This document shows positions 8,171 to 16,178 of a DNA stretch of 20,000 bases, one piece after another (the stretch's first letter is position 1; every line of letters begins with the position of its first letter). Under the pieces are notes generated by a model. It had not been told where the DNA came from. It did not search any database and saw only the letters and a program-made list of their open reading frames with translations. Source of the stretch: an uncultured virus (IMG/VR IMGVR_UViG_3300042346_000356) (taxonomy: Duplodnaviria; Heunggongvirae; Uroviricota; Caudoviricetes); the IMG/VR virus record IMGVR_UViG_3300042346_000356. One strand, 5' to 3'. The position numbers were made by a program, and so were the translations under genes.

Positions 8171-8705
8171 TAAATATCTGCAAACTAACTCTAAACTTAT
8201 CTTTATTTAGAGTTGGAGTTGTGTAATGCATAAGACCACCGTTATTTACTACCATTGAGTTATACTTTGGAACAATTGTTTTCCACTCTCTAAGACTTTC
8301 GTTATACCAGTGAAACATTCCACCATCTTCAATATCCCAATCTTTATTTAAATAGAGTGTTATTGTTTTTCTATCTGGTCCATCACTATGCTTACCAATG
8401 TATGATCCAGGAGTCCAAACAAAAGCCATGCAACCACTACCATTATAAAAATCAGCATCAGTTGCAAGGTCCATTAACCCAAGATCAACTAGTTTATTGG
8501 TTATTTTATCTGTTATGTTTTTAGGCAGTTTCATGCATATGACTGCAGAACTTTTTTGAACAAGATATTCTTCCCATGCATAATTAGTCCAAACATCTAC
8601 CTTTTCTTCACTATTTACATTTTTACCAGTGATAGTTCCAATTGCAAAGTTATATATGTCTTTGCATAATTCATCTGGTAGCGCATTGTTATATTGTTTC
8701 ATCAC
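8157..8705 (-). CDS. 2OG-Fe(II) oxygenase (prolyl-4-hydroxylase-like)
   Basis: HSD...TLYLN..W...GG...H...RVSLQ. Confidence 0.88.
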   Translation of the reverse strand: MMKQYNNALPDELCKDIYNFAIGTITGKNVNSEEKVDVWTNYAWEEYLVQKSSAVICMKLPKNITDKITNKLVDLGLMDLATDADFYNGSGCMAFVWTPGSYIGKHSDGPDRKTITLYLNKDWDIEDGGMFHWYNESLREWKTIVPKYNSMVVNNGGLMHYTTPTLNKDKFRVSLQIFIIKK

Positions 8706-8706
8706 G

Positions 8707-8779
8707 TATCTCCAACGGGATTCGAACCCGTGTTGCCACCGTGAAAGGGTGGAGTCCTAGGCCACTAGACCATGGAGAC
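8707..8779 (-). tRNA. tRNA-Glu(TTC)
   Basis: GTCTCCA/TGGAGAT acceptor stem, CCACC-CTTTCAC-GGTGG anticodon arm, GGTTCGAATCC. Confidence 0.95.
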
Positions 8780-8780
8780 C

Positions 8781-8854
8781 TGGAGCGAGTGACCAGAATC
8801 GAACTGGCACTATCTGCTTGGAAGGCAGAGACACTACCATTATGTAACACTCGC
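8781..8854 (-). tRNA. tRNA-Gly(TCC)
   Basis: GCGAGTG/CACTCGC acceptor stem with encoded CCA, TCTGC-CTTCCAA-GCAGA anticodon arm. Confidence 0.95.
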
Positions 8855-8894
8855 TTGTTAAATAAGTATATCAGATAACTGCTATAATGTAAAC

Positions 8895-9401
8895 ATGAAC
8901 GTAAAAGTTATTAATCCTGTAATCACAAATAATATTATTAACAATAGCGAAATTGAAGAATTAAAAAATTTAATTAATAGCAATAAGCACTTGCTGCAGT
9001 ATGACCCATATTATGGAAGAATGGTTGTAACGGATACGTTAATTCCAGAATTAATGCACTATTCTAATAAATTGAGGGATAAAGCCAGAGAGATTTTTGG
9101 CAGCAATACATTAGAACCAACCTATGTATTATTTGGACATTATTTTGGTAAAGATGCAAATTTAAAAAAGCATAAGGATAATTCTTTTGACTGTATGTAT
9201 AATCTAGATGTTTGTCTATATCAAAATGATCCGTGGGATGTATATGTTGAAGGAAAGCCATATACCTTAAATCCAGGAGATGCTTTATCTTTTAATGGTG
9301 TTCACAACCTGCACTGGAGAGAATCATTTCCAAACCCAGAAACTAATGAAGTTGGAATGCTTTTCTTTTTCTATACTGAACCAGAATACATTAAAAACTA
9401 A
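8895..9401 (+). CDS. 2OG-Fe(II) oxygenase-like protein
   Basis: LKKHKD...LNPGDAL...HWRE...LFFFY; leaderless TATAAT. Confidence 0.78.
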   Translation: MNVKVINPVITNNIINNSEIEELKNLINSNKHLLQYDPYYGRMVVTDTLIPELMHYSNKLRDKAREIFGSNTLEPTYVLFGHYFGKDANLKKHKDNSFDCMYNLDVCLYQNDPWDVYVEGKPYTLNPGDALSFNGVHNLHWRESFPNPETNEVGMLFFFYTEPEYIKN

Positions 9402-9977
9402 TTACTTAACATACTTTCCCCATAATGGAAGGCTGTATCTGTGTCCGTATTCAATAGCATTAACGCCATGAGGGTATGTTAAATTCCCAGGGAATATAAC
9501 GAGATCTCCCATCTCAGGCTTAATAGATATATTCTGATTAGGAAAAGTAATTTCTCCACCTCCATAGCCATCACTAAAATAGATTACGCCAGATACTTGT
9601 AATACGGACACAACATCATCATCTGCGTGAACACCCATATCATTTCCTACAGACCATTTAACTATCCAATGATCATCTAGGCTATGTTCTAGTTTAACTC
9701 CATACTGATCCTGCATGGTTTGTAATGATTTATCTATATAGTATTTAACAATTGATCTAACATTGTCTGGTAAATCATCTACCTGAATCTGTCTGCGATC
9801 ATCTGGGTCAACATCTGGACCATCAGGAAGCAAAAAATCTACAGACTCAACTATAAGTTTAGAGTCTTCTGCAGAAACAAAAGACTTAAAGGTTTTTATA
9901 TTATCTGAAGATTTGCCAATCTTGTTGGTGCCTTCGTAATAAGCGCCAGTTCTGGGGAGGCCTCTCCTAGTATCCAT
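9402..9977 (-). CDS. 2OG-Fe(II) oxygenase (prolyl-4-hydroxylase-like)
   Basis: HADD...YFSDGYGGGEITF...PEMGDLVIFP...HGV...G.RY; start most likely 9977 (TAATG overlap with the upstream micro-ORF). Confidence 0.88.
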   Translation of the reverse strand: MDTRRGLPRTGAYYEGTNKIGKSSDNIKTFKSFVSAEDSKLIVESVDFLLPDGPDVDPDDRRQIQVDDLPDNVRSIVKYYIDKSLQTMQDQYGVKLEHSLDDHWIVKWSVGNDMGVHADDDVVSVLQVSGVIYFSDGYGGGEITFPNQNISIKPEMGDLVIFPGNLTYPHGVNAIEYGHRYSLPLWGKYVK

Positions 9978-10102
9978 TATGCTCCGATTGACGGCATAAC
10001 TTGATCGCAAGGACATACGATTGATACTGGAAGATCGTGAACCTCAGTCTCAATAGAAATAATAGTATTACATTCACTACACTTGTATATTTTTTTAGTC
10101 AT
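9977..10102 (-). CDS. Zinc-ribbon micro-protein (41 aa)
   Basis: MTKKIYKCSSECNTIISIETEVHDLPVSIVCPCDQVMPSIGA. Confidence 0.6.
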   Translation of the reverse strand: MTKKIYKCSECNTIISIETEVHDLPVSIVCPCDQVMPSIGA

Positions 10103-10119
10103 ACTAAATGATACCACAC

Positions 10120-10269
10120 CTACTGCTCGTGTCTTTTGCATTTAGGATAATTTCCTGGTGTTCCACGAAGTTTAGGACCACATATCTCACATTTTAGTCG
10201 CAGCATAAATTCAAATTTATCTAATTTATTGGCTAAATCTAGCATAGCCCTGGCCTTTTCTTCGTTCAT
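10120..10269 (-). CDS. Small Zn-finger-like protein
   Basis: MNEEKARAM...CEIC...CKRH; ATGA overlap with the upstream ORF. Confidence 0.55.
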   Translation of the reverse strand: MNEEKARAMLDLANKLDKFEFMLRLKCEICGPKLRGTPGNYPKCKRHEQ

Positions 10270-10376
10270 GACGGCTGGACGGCTGTAAAATGTTTCTTGC
10301 ATACACTTATGATCTGGCCATCTTCTTTGCGTGGCTGATTATATAATGCTTCTCTTTCGCAATATTCACAGTTCAT
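10266..10376 (-). CDS. Small Zn-finger-like protein (36 aa)
   Basis: MNCEYCEREALYNQPRKEDGQIISVCKKHFTAVQPS; leaderless TATACT. Confidence 0.6.
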   Translation of the reverse strand: MNCEYCEREALYNQPRKEDGQIISVCKKHFTAVQPS

Positions 10377-10438
10377 AATTTAAGTATAGCATATATAGTA
10401 TTTAAAGTTCGGCGCAAAATAGAGAGGGGTGAACAACT

Positions 10439-10780
10439 CTACGAGTCTTTCGACTCGCTATCTGTTTCTTTCTCCCAGTATGCTATACCGTCTTCATCGT
10501 AGTCGTTCCAACCATCACCTGACATATCTAAATTCATCTCACTTAATTCTTTCTTCCAAGCACCCATATCTATGGTGTAGTAAGTTCCCCACCATTCATA
10601 AGGCTTGTTTAGTATTCTATACATTTTTGCGTGGTATTTATAACGCCAACCAAAGTCTTCATCTTCATCCAGATTAACACACTTAACTAAATGATTACCA
10701 GCAAACTCTCCACATATATTGCCTATCCATCGTAATGGAAGTATTTTAGTTCTTTCTGTCTTGGTTGAATGATTTATCAT
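10439..10780 (-). CDS. Hypothetical protein
   Basis: ORF-track frame; likely start MINHSTK; Trp-rich acidic C-terminus. Confidence 0.65.
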   Translation of the reverse strand: MINHSTKTERTKILPLRWIGNICGEFAGNHLVKCVNLDEDEDFGWRYKYHAKMYRILNKPYEWWGTYYTIDMGAWKKELSEMNLDMSGDGWNDYDEDGIAYWEKETDSESKDS

Positions 10781-11052
10781 CCTTTGGCACCCACACTTTC
10801 TTTCCATCTTTGTAGACAGGCCAATAGCCTAGGCTACGCCAGTCCATCTGTGCTATCTTTGGTTCCTTCATCCATACTCCTATCCCACAATATTAAGCAC
10901 TTAGTGCATTGAATTCCTTCTTCACGCATATACCAAGTATGGCTACATTCTTTTTGCACACCACACCCTATAATCACTCATTGTCTGATGGTTATCCCAG
11001 TATTCAATGTTTTCTTTGTTCATTCCGCAGGTTTTGCAGATTCTTTCTATCA

Positions 11053-11196
11053 TTACCAGTCCTTATAGTTATCTTTGTTGTCTACGTTCCAAGATGCACT
11101 AATTTTTACTAACTCTTTATGAATAGCCATTGCTCTTTCCCACTCTTCATCAGAGTCATAGGCTGATCTATCAGAATTTGGCAGAAAGTTTATCAT
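11053..11196 (-). CDS. Hypothetical micro-protein (47 aa)
   Basis: MINFLPNSDRSAYDSDEEWERAMAIHKELVKISASWNVDNKDNYKDW; TAATG overlaps with its neighbours. Confidence 0.5.
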   Translation of the reverse strand: MINFLPNSDRSAYDSDEEWERAMAIHKELVKISASWNVDNKDNYKDW

Positions 11197-11307
11197 TATT
11201 GTCTGTGTCGCTTTCTATTGCCAAACTTAGCCTTGATATCAGCCTTAGCCTGATCCACAATGGCTTTAGTAATCTCTTCAACAGTAAACTCTTGGTCGAA
11301 GGTTTGT

Positions 11308-11514
11308 TCAGTATCCACCTAGGCACTCATTTCTTGTATGATATAGTCTAATCTTGGTCATTGTCTTTTTGTTGGGGGCATACAATTCTTCACCGCAACA
11401 AGCAGTCTTAAGATACCACTCTTTGGCAAAGAAGTCATAAACCATACCCTTATAGTTCTCATATTTCTTGGCTACAAAGGTCTCAAATGGGTCAGGTATT
11501 TCCATATTAATCAT
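11308..11514 (-). CDS. Hypothetical Cys/His protein
   Basis: 68 aa; CC...H...C; preceded by TTGACT-N17-TATACT at 11521-11549. Confidence 0.7.
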   Translation of the reverse strand: MINMEIPDPFETFVAKKYENYKGMVYDFFAKEWYLKTACCGEELYAPNKKTMTKIRLYHTRNECLGGY

Positions 11515-11545
11515 ACATCTAGTATAGCGGTTTTGGCGGGGGAAG

Positions 11546-12163
11546 TCAATATGACCTATGATACTTATTATGTCTAACTATAGCCTCAGTGTTAAATACA
11601 ATAGAGTATCTATCTCTTACTCTTAGTGACCAGTCAACATCTTCTTCTTGACCCCATATGAGGTTTTCATTAAGTGGATGGTGCTCCATAACATATTTCT
11701 TGACTATCATATATGATCCAGATATATACATATGTTTGGTCAAAGACCAGTCATCAGTTGGTATCTGGGTATAGCGAGGAATCTTGGGATGATCCCAGAT
11801 AACCCAATCATATCTATATCTAGAACCATCAATGTATAGTTGAGTGTTAGTTGCAATATCCCAATCATTGCCAAAATCAAGAAAAGCAGAATACCACTTA
11901 TAATCAAATATAAAGTAGTCGTGCATCAAAATAACATTTTCGTATTTGGCATTTCTGGATAAGATATTTTTCTTTTTAGTTATCCACATAGGGGTAGGTG
12001 AGTCAAATGGTATTTGGATTACATCTGGATCTATCTGACTATGGGCAGGACCAATGATTAAAATCTCATAGTTAGGTATCTTTAAAGACTTTATGCTTCT
12101 TATAGTCTCAAGTAGGCGATCTACATTTTTGTAGTCAGTCGTAATCCCAAATGTAAAATCCAT
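11546..12163 (-). CDS. Glycosyltransferase family 2-like (GT-A fold)
   Basis: FTFGITT...YEILIIG...WITKKKN...MHDY...EEDVDWS.R. Confidence 0.82.
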   Translation of the reverse strand: MDFTFGITTDYKNVDRLLETIRSIKSLKIPNYEILIIGPAHSQIDPDVIQIPFDSPTPMWITKKKNILSRNAKYENVILMHDYFIFDYKWYSAFLDFGNDWDIATNTQLYIDGSRYRYDWVIWDHPKIPRYTQIPTDDWSLTKHMYISGSYMIVKKYVMEHHPLNENLIWGQEEDVDWSLRVRDRYSIVFNTEAIVRHNKYHRSY

Positions 12164-12279
12164 CTAACAAGTATAGCCTATTTTGCGGGGGAGCATAAGA
12201 GAGCATCGTAATCCCTAGTATAAGATATAAACCCCTATAGCCCCATATACCCAGTAACAGGGTTTGATATCCCCTGGAT

Positions 12280-12366
12280 TTATTGAGTCATACGGATTTG
12301 TTGAAGATAGGCCATATAGTTAAGAAAAATGAATAGGCCAAGCATTATGATTAAGAAAGGTTTCAT
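12280..12366 (-). CDS. Membrane micro-protein (28 aa)
   Basis: MKPFLIIMLGLFIFLNYMAYLQQIRMTQ; ATGA overlap. Confidence 0.45.
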   Translation of the reverse strand: MKPFLIIMLGLFIFLNYMAYLQQIRMTQ

Positions 12367-12503
12367 TTGAAGAAGTCTATCCCCACATACCATTTAAAGA
12401 GATATAAGCCAATCTCCCATTCGTGTTTAATGGGATATCCCCAGTTAGCAACATAGACCCCAATAGCATAGTTAGAGGTCATTCTGCCATAGTGTAGTTT
12501 CAT
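12363..12503 (-). CDS. Aromatic-rich micro-protein (46 aa)
   Basis: MKLHYGRMTSNYAIGVYVANWGYPIKHEWEIGLYLFKWYVGIDFFK. Confidence 0.5.
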   Translation of the reverse strand: MKLHYGRMTSNYAIGVYVANWGYPIKHEWEIGLYLFKWYVGIDFFK

Positions 12504-12524
12504 ATACCTATCATATCATAAGAG

Positions 12525-12755
12525 TTATCCACAGGTGTATAATTAGTGTATGAAGAACTTTATCTACACATATGTGTGTCCAGAGTGTGAGTCTGAACTT
12601 GAGTTTAAGTCAATGAATAAGGCATCAGATGAGGTTATGTGTATGTGTGGATCAATGATGAAGTTGATTAGGTATTGGGCTATAAGTGCAGAGTTAGATA
12701 GTTATCCACAGCCTGATAAGCCAAAAATGTCATAGTTATCCACATGTTATCCACA
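12525..12755 (+). promoter_or_regulatory. Cluster of four perfect DnaA boxes
   Basis: TTATCCACA at 12525, 12702, 12736 and 12747, all in the same orientation and all preceded by G. Confidence 0.8.
12550..12735 (+). CDS. Zinc-ribbon protein
   Basis: YTYVCPEC...CMCG; leaderless TATAAT. Confidence 0.65.
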   Translation: MKNFIYTYVCPECESELEFKSMNKASDEVMCMCGSMMKLIRYWAISAELDSYPQPDKPKMS

Positions 12756-12793
12756 GATTAATCTTACTGATTGTATTGTTTAACATTCTAGAA

Positions 12794-12819
12794 GTGGAGT
12801 GAAGTGGAGGATAGTGGGG
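12794..12819 (+). promoter_or_regulatory. MraZ-type binding repeats
   Basis: GTGGAG-TGAA-GTGGAG-GATA-GTGGGG, 10-bp period. Confidence 0.6.
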
Positions 12820-12894
12820 AATGGAACGCTTTTATAAGGGGGCTCGTAATCTTCTTGACGGCCAAACCTCAAACCTCCAAACCTTTATAGCCGC

Positions 12895-12975
12895 ATTTTA
12901 CCACAAACCTTTATATCTGTCAAACCTTTATATGCATGGTTTGGGCATTATAACCTATAAATTATGGTTTGTCAA
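12895..12975 (-). promoter_or_regulatory. Two tandem consensus sigma-A promoters
   Basis: TTGACA-N17-TATAAT (12975-12947) and TTGACA-N17-TAAAAT with extended TG (12923-12895). Confidence 0.75.
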
Positions 12976-13099
12976 GCCCATTTCATGCAAAACCTTCATA
13001 TAGAATTTGCTCAAATTTGCTCAGAAAATAAAGAAAACCTTTATAAAAATATATAAAGGTTTGATAAATCAGGAGAAAAGGTTTGAAACTGGAAAGAAA

Positions 13100-13360
13100 T
13101 TAGTTCTTCGTAATCTCTGCTTCTTTATTAGTGTATATGGTATACATCTTATTGAAGTCAGATAGTTTTTCTACTGGCAGTCCCCTGAAAAAAAGGCGGG
13201 AGTTATAGAAGGCATGCAAACCACTATACTTAAACAAACCTCTATTGACTCTATCAATTAGTCTACCCATAGCCAAACCTAGTTCTCTTTGATCAGAATG
13301 ATATGATGCCTTTGCATTTACATTTGAACCATTAAACCTTGCATTATTATGAGGACTCAT
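13100..13360 (-). CDS. Hypothetical protein
   Basis: Likely start MSPHNNARF just after TGGTATAAT (leaderless). Confidence 0.6.
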   Translation of the reverse strand: MSPHNNARFNGSNVNAKASYHSDQRELGLAMGRLIDRVNRGLFKYSGLHAFYNSRLFFRGLPVEKLSDFNKMYTIYTNKEAEITKN

Positions 13361-13413
13361 AAAACCATTATACCAGGATATAAGATTTGACAAACCAAGG
13401 TTTGTATGGTATA

Positions 13414-13518
13414 AGGTTTGGGGAAAAATATTTGTCCTTCGTAATATAGGTTTGGGGAAAATAAAGGTTTGATCGTAATATCCAGGTTTGGGGAAAAATT
13501 TTTGATCGTTCGTAATAT
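13414..13518 (+). repeat. Three tandem ~35-bp iteron-like repeats
   Basis: AGGTTTGGGGAAAA-variable-TCGTAATAT starting at 13414, 13448 and 13484. Confidence 0.8.
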
Positions 13519-13589
13519 AGTTGACAAAAAAATGTAATGGTTTGGATATGTCCGATTTGTCTGAATCCTCGGGGATTTCCCCAGCCTTT

Positions 13590-13901
13590 TTACAGGTCTG
13601 GGGTATCCTCAGAAGTTTTCTTTTTGTTGAATGCGTATTGTAAAAGAAACCCTAATTCAATTTCTTCAAGTTCATCTACTTCTTCTTCTTCAACCTTTAG
13701 CAAACCGATAAGCATATCAAATGTTTCTTCAATATACTGTTCTCCAAGTGGTGTTGCCTCTTTAACCAAACCCTGCGCCATCATATACGCCATTGGCAAA
13801 CCAATATCGTTATACTCCACAAAATTCTTGAAGTCTGGGTCTTCTCTAAATTCGATCCATAGTTGCCCTAGGATTCCTGCTTTATCTGCGAGTAGTGCCA
13901 T
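13590..13901 (-). CDS. Hypothetical acidic protein
   Basis: 103 aa ORF overlapping the upstream ORF, AAAGGGA RBS. Confidence 0.8.
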   Translation of the reverse strand: MALLADKAGILGQLWIEFREDPDFKNFVEYNDIGLPMAYMMAQGLVKEATPLGEQYIEETFDMLIGLLKVEEEEVDELEEIELGFLLQYAFNKKKTSEDTPDL

Positions 13902-14127
13902 TGTGTGTCCCTTTCATCTCTAACATAAGTTTATCATACTCTTCCATTGCTGCGAGGCTCATTACCTCAAACCTGTGGTAATTTATTAGTGGTAGGTTTC
14001 TTACTAAGTAAAATCCTACTCTTTCTAAATCAACCGCAAAATCTTGGGTAAGGAGTCTGCCTAACTGCTCTGCTGCTCGTGTTTCTTTTGTCTTGCTTGC
14101 TTCGCTTCGTCTAATTGAATAAGCCAT
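13882..14127 (-). CDS. Hypothetical protein
   Basis: 81 aa, GAGGAG RBS, TGGTATAAT upstream. Confidence 0.8.
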   Translation of the reverse strand: MAYSIRRSEASKTKETRAAEQLGRLLTQDFAVDLERVGFYLVRNLPLINYHRFEVMSLAAMEEYDKLMLEMKGTHNGTTRR

Positions 14128-14152
14128 AGTTACTCCTCTCTTTCATTATACC

Positions 14153-14198
14153 AAAAAAGTAGGGGGAGCGCAAGACTGCAGGTCTCACGCCCCACCCT
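14153..14198 (-). terminator. Intrinsic terminator
   Basis: AGGGTGGGCGTGAGAC-CTGCA-GTCTTGCGCTCCCCCT followed by ACTTTTTT. Confidence 0.75.
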
Positions 14199-14220
14199 TT
14201 ATTACTAGGGGACCCACTCC

Positions 14221-14586
14221 CTAGATTTGCTCAGCCAAAACCTTTGGGGCATATGCATTAATAAAATCTCTCCAGTTGACAACGTTTCCATTATCATCAA
14301 TGATAGTCTCTTTAGACACATCGATAATGACAGTGGTGTCACCTAAATCAAAGTTGGTGCCCTTGACAGCATAAATTCCAAATCCTGTTTCATCCAAGAT
14401 TGAATCTTGCATAAGATAACTAATCATCATACGGTTAAAGTAAGCGTTATCGCTCCACCTAGGCTTTGAATGCTCTAGGGCCATTGCTAGGTCCCGCTGC
14501 CATTCTGTCTCTCCCCAGTGGCTATACAGCACTACAGATGCCTCGTCTTCAACATCCTTGAATACAAAATGAATACGTGCCCCCAT
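14221..14586 (-). CDS. Conserved-type phage early protein (LYSHWG motif)
   Basis: Start MGARIHFVF with a GAGGA RBS. Confidence 0.8.
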   Translation of the reverse strand: MGARIHFVFKDVEDEASVVLYSHWGETEWQRDLAMALEHSKPRWSDNAYFNRMMISYLMQDSILDETGFGIYAVKGTNFDLGDTTVIIDVSKETIIDDNGNVVNWRDFINAYAPKVLAEQI

Positions 14587-14587
14587 T

Positions 14588-14770
14588 TTAGTCCTCTTCC
14601 TCTTCTTCAATTGATTGAATTTCTAAAGGATACCAGTCAATGGCATATACTTCAACATCTTCGTCCCGTTCGATTCTTTCGATCTCAGCAAGGGCATCTT
14701 CTTCAGTCTCCGCCTCAATCTCAAAATCATATTGTGTTTCTCGTGTGGCCTCAATTTTAAACATTGGCAT
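14588..14770 (-). CDS. Acidic protein, DpnD/PcfM-like motif
   Basis: FKIEATRETQYDFEIEAETEEDALA. Confidence 0.7.
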   Translation of the reverse strand: MPMFKIEATRETQYDFEIEAETEEDALAEIERIERDEDVEVYAIDWYPLEIQSIEEEEED

Positions 14771-15218
14771 TTCTATTCTCCAGTCCTACTAGGGTTATCT
14801 CTTCAAGGGTAGCACATTCAGGGCACTTTTCCAAATCGTGCTCATCGAATGCATCTCTAACTATATTATCAGGGTCCTCAAACTCAGCGCTACAGTTCTC
14901 ACAGTAGAACCAATTATAACTAACACGAACCTGTATTGTTACATTATCTGGGCAAGGTTTATCAGTGATAAAATAACCAAGCCTATTAACAAAGCCCCAA
15001 CCAGACCAGATATAACTTCCACCGTCGTCTCCATCTCCATACATCCATATTTTGTTAGCGTCCTGTGCTTTTACAAACTCTACCTCATCGCCATATGTCT
15101 CAAACATAATGCCACCATCCCCATTATCAAATGAGGCATTTGGGTCTATATGATTAACGATTGGCTTATAGGTATCACACCACTCATCAAAGTCCATCTC
15201 AATAAAGTTATCTATCAT
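14757..15218 (-). CDS. Hypothetical protein with C-terminal zinc ribbon
   Basis: FETYG...GFVNRLGYFIT; CENC...CPEC. Confidence 0.8.
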   Translation of the reverse strand: MIDNFIEMDFDEWCDTYKPIVNHIDPNASFDNGDGGIMFETYGDEVEFVKAQDANKIWMYGDGDDGGSYIWSGWGFVNRLGYFITDKPCPDNVTIQVRVSYNWFYCENCSAEFEDPDNIVRDAFDEHDLEKCPECATLEEITLVGLENRNANV

Positions 15219-15427
15219 TATTCCTCCAGTGAAACGGGCGGGTTGTATTCCTTATCAAATATTATATGGTATGCCACTGACAAACCGTCAACAAATCCCT
15301 GTGCCTCTGTGCGCTCCATAGATTGCATTGCGTCGCCATAGTCATTGTCTTCTTCCTCCTTAGCAATCGCTAAGAAATCTAAAGTAGCCTTGTCAATCAT
15401 TTGCTCTAACATTTCTTGTGGTTTCAT
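15218..15427 (-). CDS. Hypothetical acidic protein
   Basis: 69 aa, start/stop overlaps with neighbours. Confidence 0.75.
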   Translation of the reverse strand: MKPQEMLEQMIDKATLDFLAIAKEEEDNDYGDAMQSMERTEAQGFVDGLSVAYHIIFDKEYNPPVSLEE

Positions 15428-15561
15428 TTAATTACCACCAATTTACATTGAGGGCAGTTATCAGGAATAACCTTATCAGTTAAGACGTATCCACACTCAA
15501 CACATTTCTTTACCTTGATAGGCTTTTCTCTATTAAGTAGTTTCCTTAATTCATCGTTCAT
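15424..15561 (-). CDS. Rubredoxin-like zinc-ribbon micro-protein (45 aa)
   Basis: MNDELRKLLNREKPIKVKKCVECGYVLTDKVIPDNCPQCKLVVIK; ATGA overlaps; GGAG RBS. Confidence 0.65.
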   Translation of the reverse strand: MNDELRKLLNREKPIKVKKCVECGYVLTDKVIPDNCPQCKLVVIK

Positions 15562-15797
15562 TGGGTCTCCTCTAGGTGCTTTCTGTCTATAGATAAATTA
15601 TACGTCAAGACATAGCAGTTTGTCAAGGCCTGCAGATATCCCTGCAAAAATCTGTCATCGTTATCTCCGTCAAGCAGTTGCTCAACATCAAGCATTTCAT
15701 TCTTAAGATAACCGTGCATTAGATCGATTAATGGAATAGAGATATCCTCTAATCCTTTTTCTAGATAGTCAGGTAGAAAAGGATACTTATCGCTCAT
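15558..15797 (-). CDS. Hypothetical protein
   Basis: 79 aa, AGGAG RBS. Confidence 0.75.
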   Translation of the reverse strand: MSDKYPFLPDYLEKGLEDISIPLIDLMHGYLKNEMLDVEQLLDGDNDDRFLQGYLQALTNCYVLTYNLSIDRKHLEETQ

Positions 15798-15944
15798 CCA
15801 ATACTCCTAGTAAGTGATTGCATAGTGCAATCTCTGCCTCTTTGACTCTGTAGAAGTGATGACTGTTAACATAGTCAATCTTTTCTTGGTCTTGCTCTAG
15901 TGATATCTTATGTATCTTTAAATACTCTCTGAATGTATCTAGGT

Positions 15945-16178
15945 TCACTTTGTGTGCCACTCTCCTAGTTCAGGTAGGAATACATTTTCTTCTATATCCC
16001 ATTGAGCGTCATCCCAACTAAGTTCATCAGTCATTATCTTGGCAATCTCATCTATGAAGGTTTGCATAACGGCTTCTGCGTGGTGTTTATTCTTAGCCTT
16101 GATATTTGTAATAGAGATAGCAAGGTCGCAAGAGTAGTAGTCTTGTAGCATTGGGTCTGATATTGTTTGGGTTGTCAT
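15945..16178 (-). CDS. Hypothetical acidic protein
   Basis: 77 aa, ATGA overlap. Confidence 0.75.
   Translation of the reverse strand: MTTQTISDPMLQDYYSCDLAISITNIKAKNKHHAEAVMQTFIDEIAKIMTDELSWDDAQWDIEENVFLPELGEWHTK

Noticed and set aside
8642..8878. 78-aa plus-strand ORF
   Set aside because: Antisense shadow of tRNA-Glu and tRNA-Gly
11980..11988. Additional TTATCCACA
   Set aside because: Inside the GT2 coding sequence (Met-Trp-Ile codons); may be chance
12821..13003. 60-aa ORF in the non-coding hub
   Set aside because: Built from repeats and promoters, with no recognisable protein features
13414..13518. CRISPR array interpretation of the ~35-bp tandem units
   Set aside because: Only three units, variable parts about 11-12 nt, no palindromic repeat and no cas genes in the window
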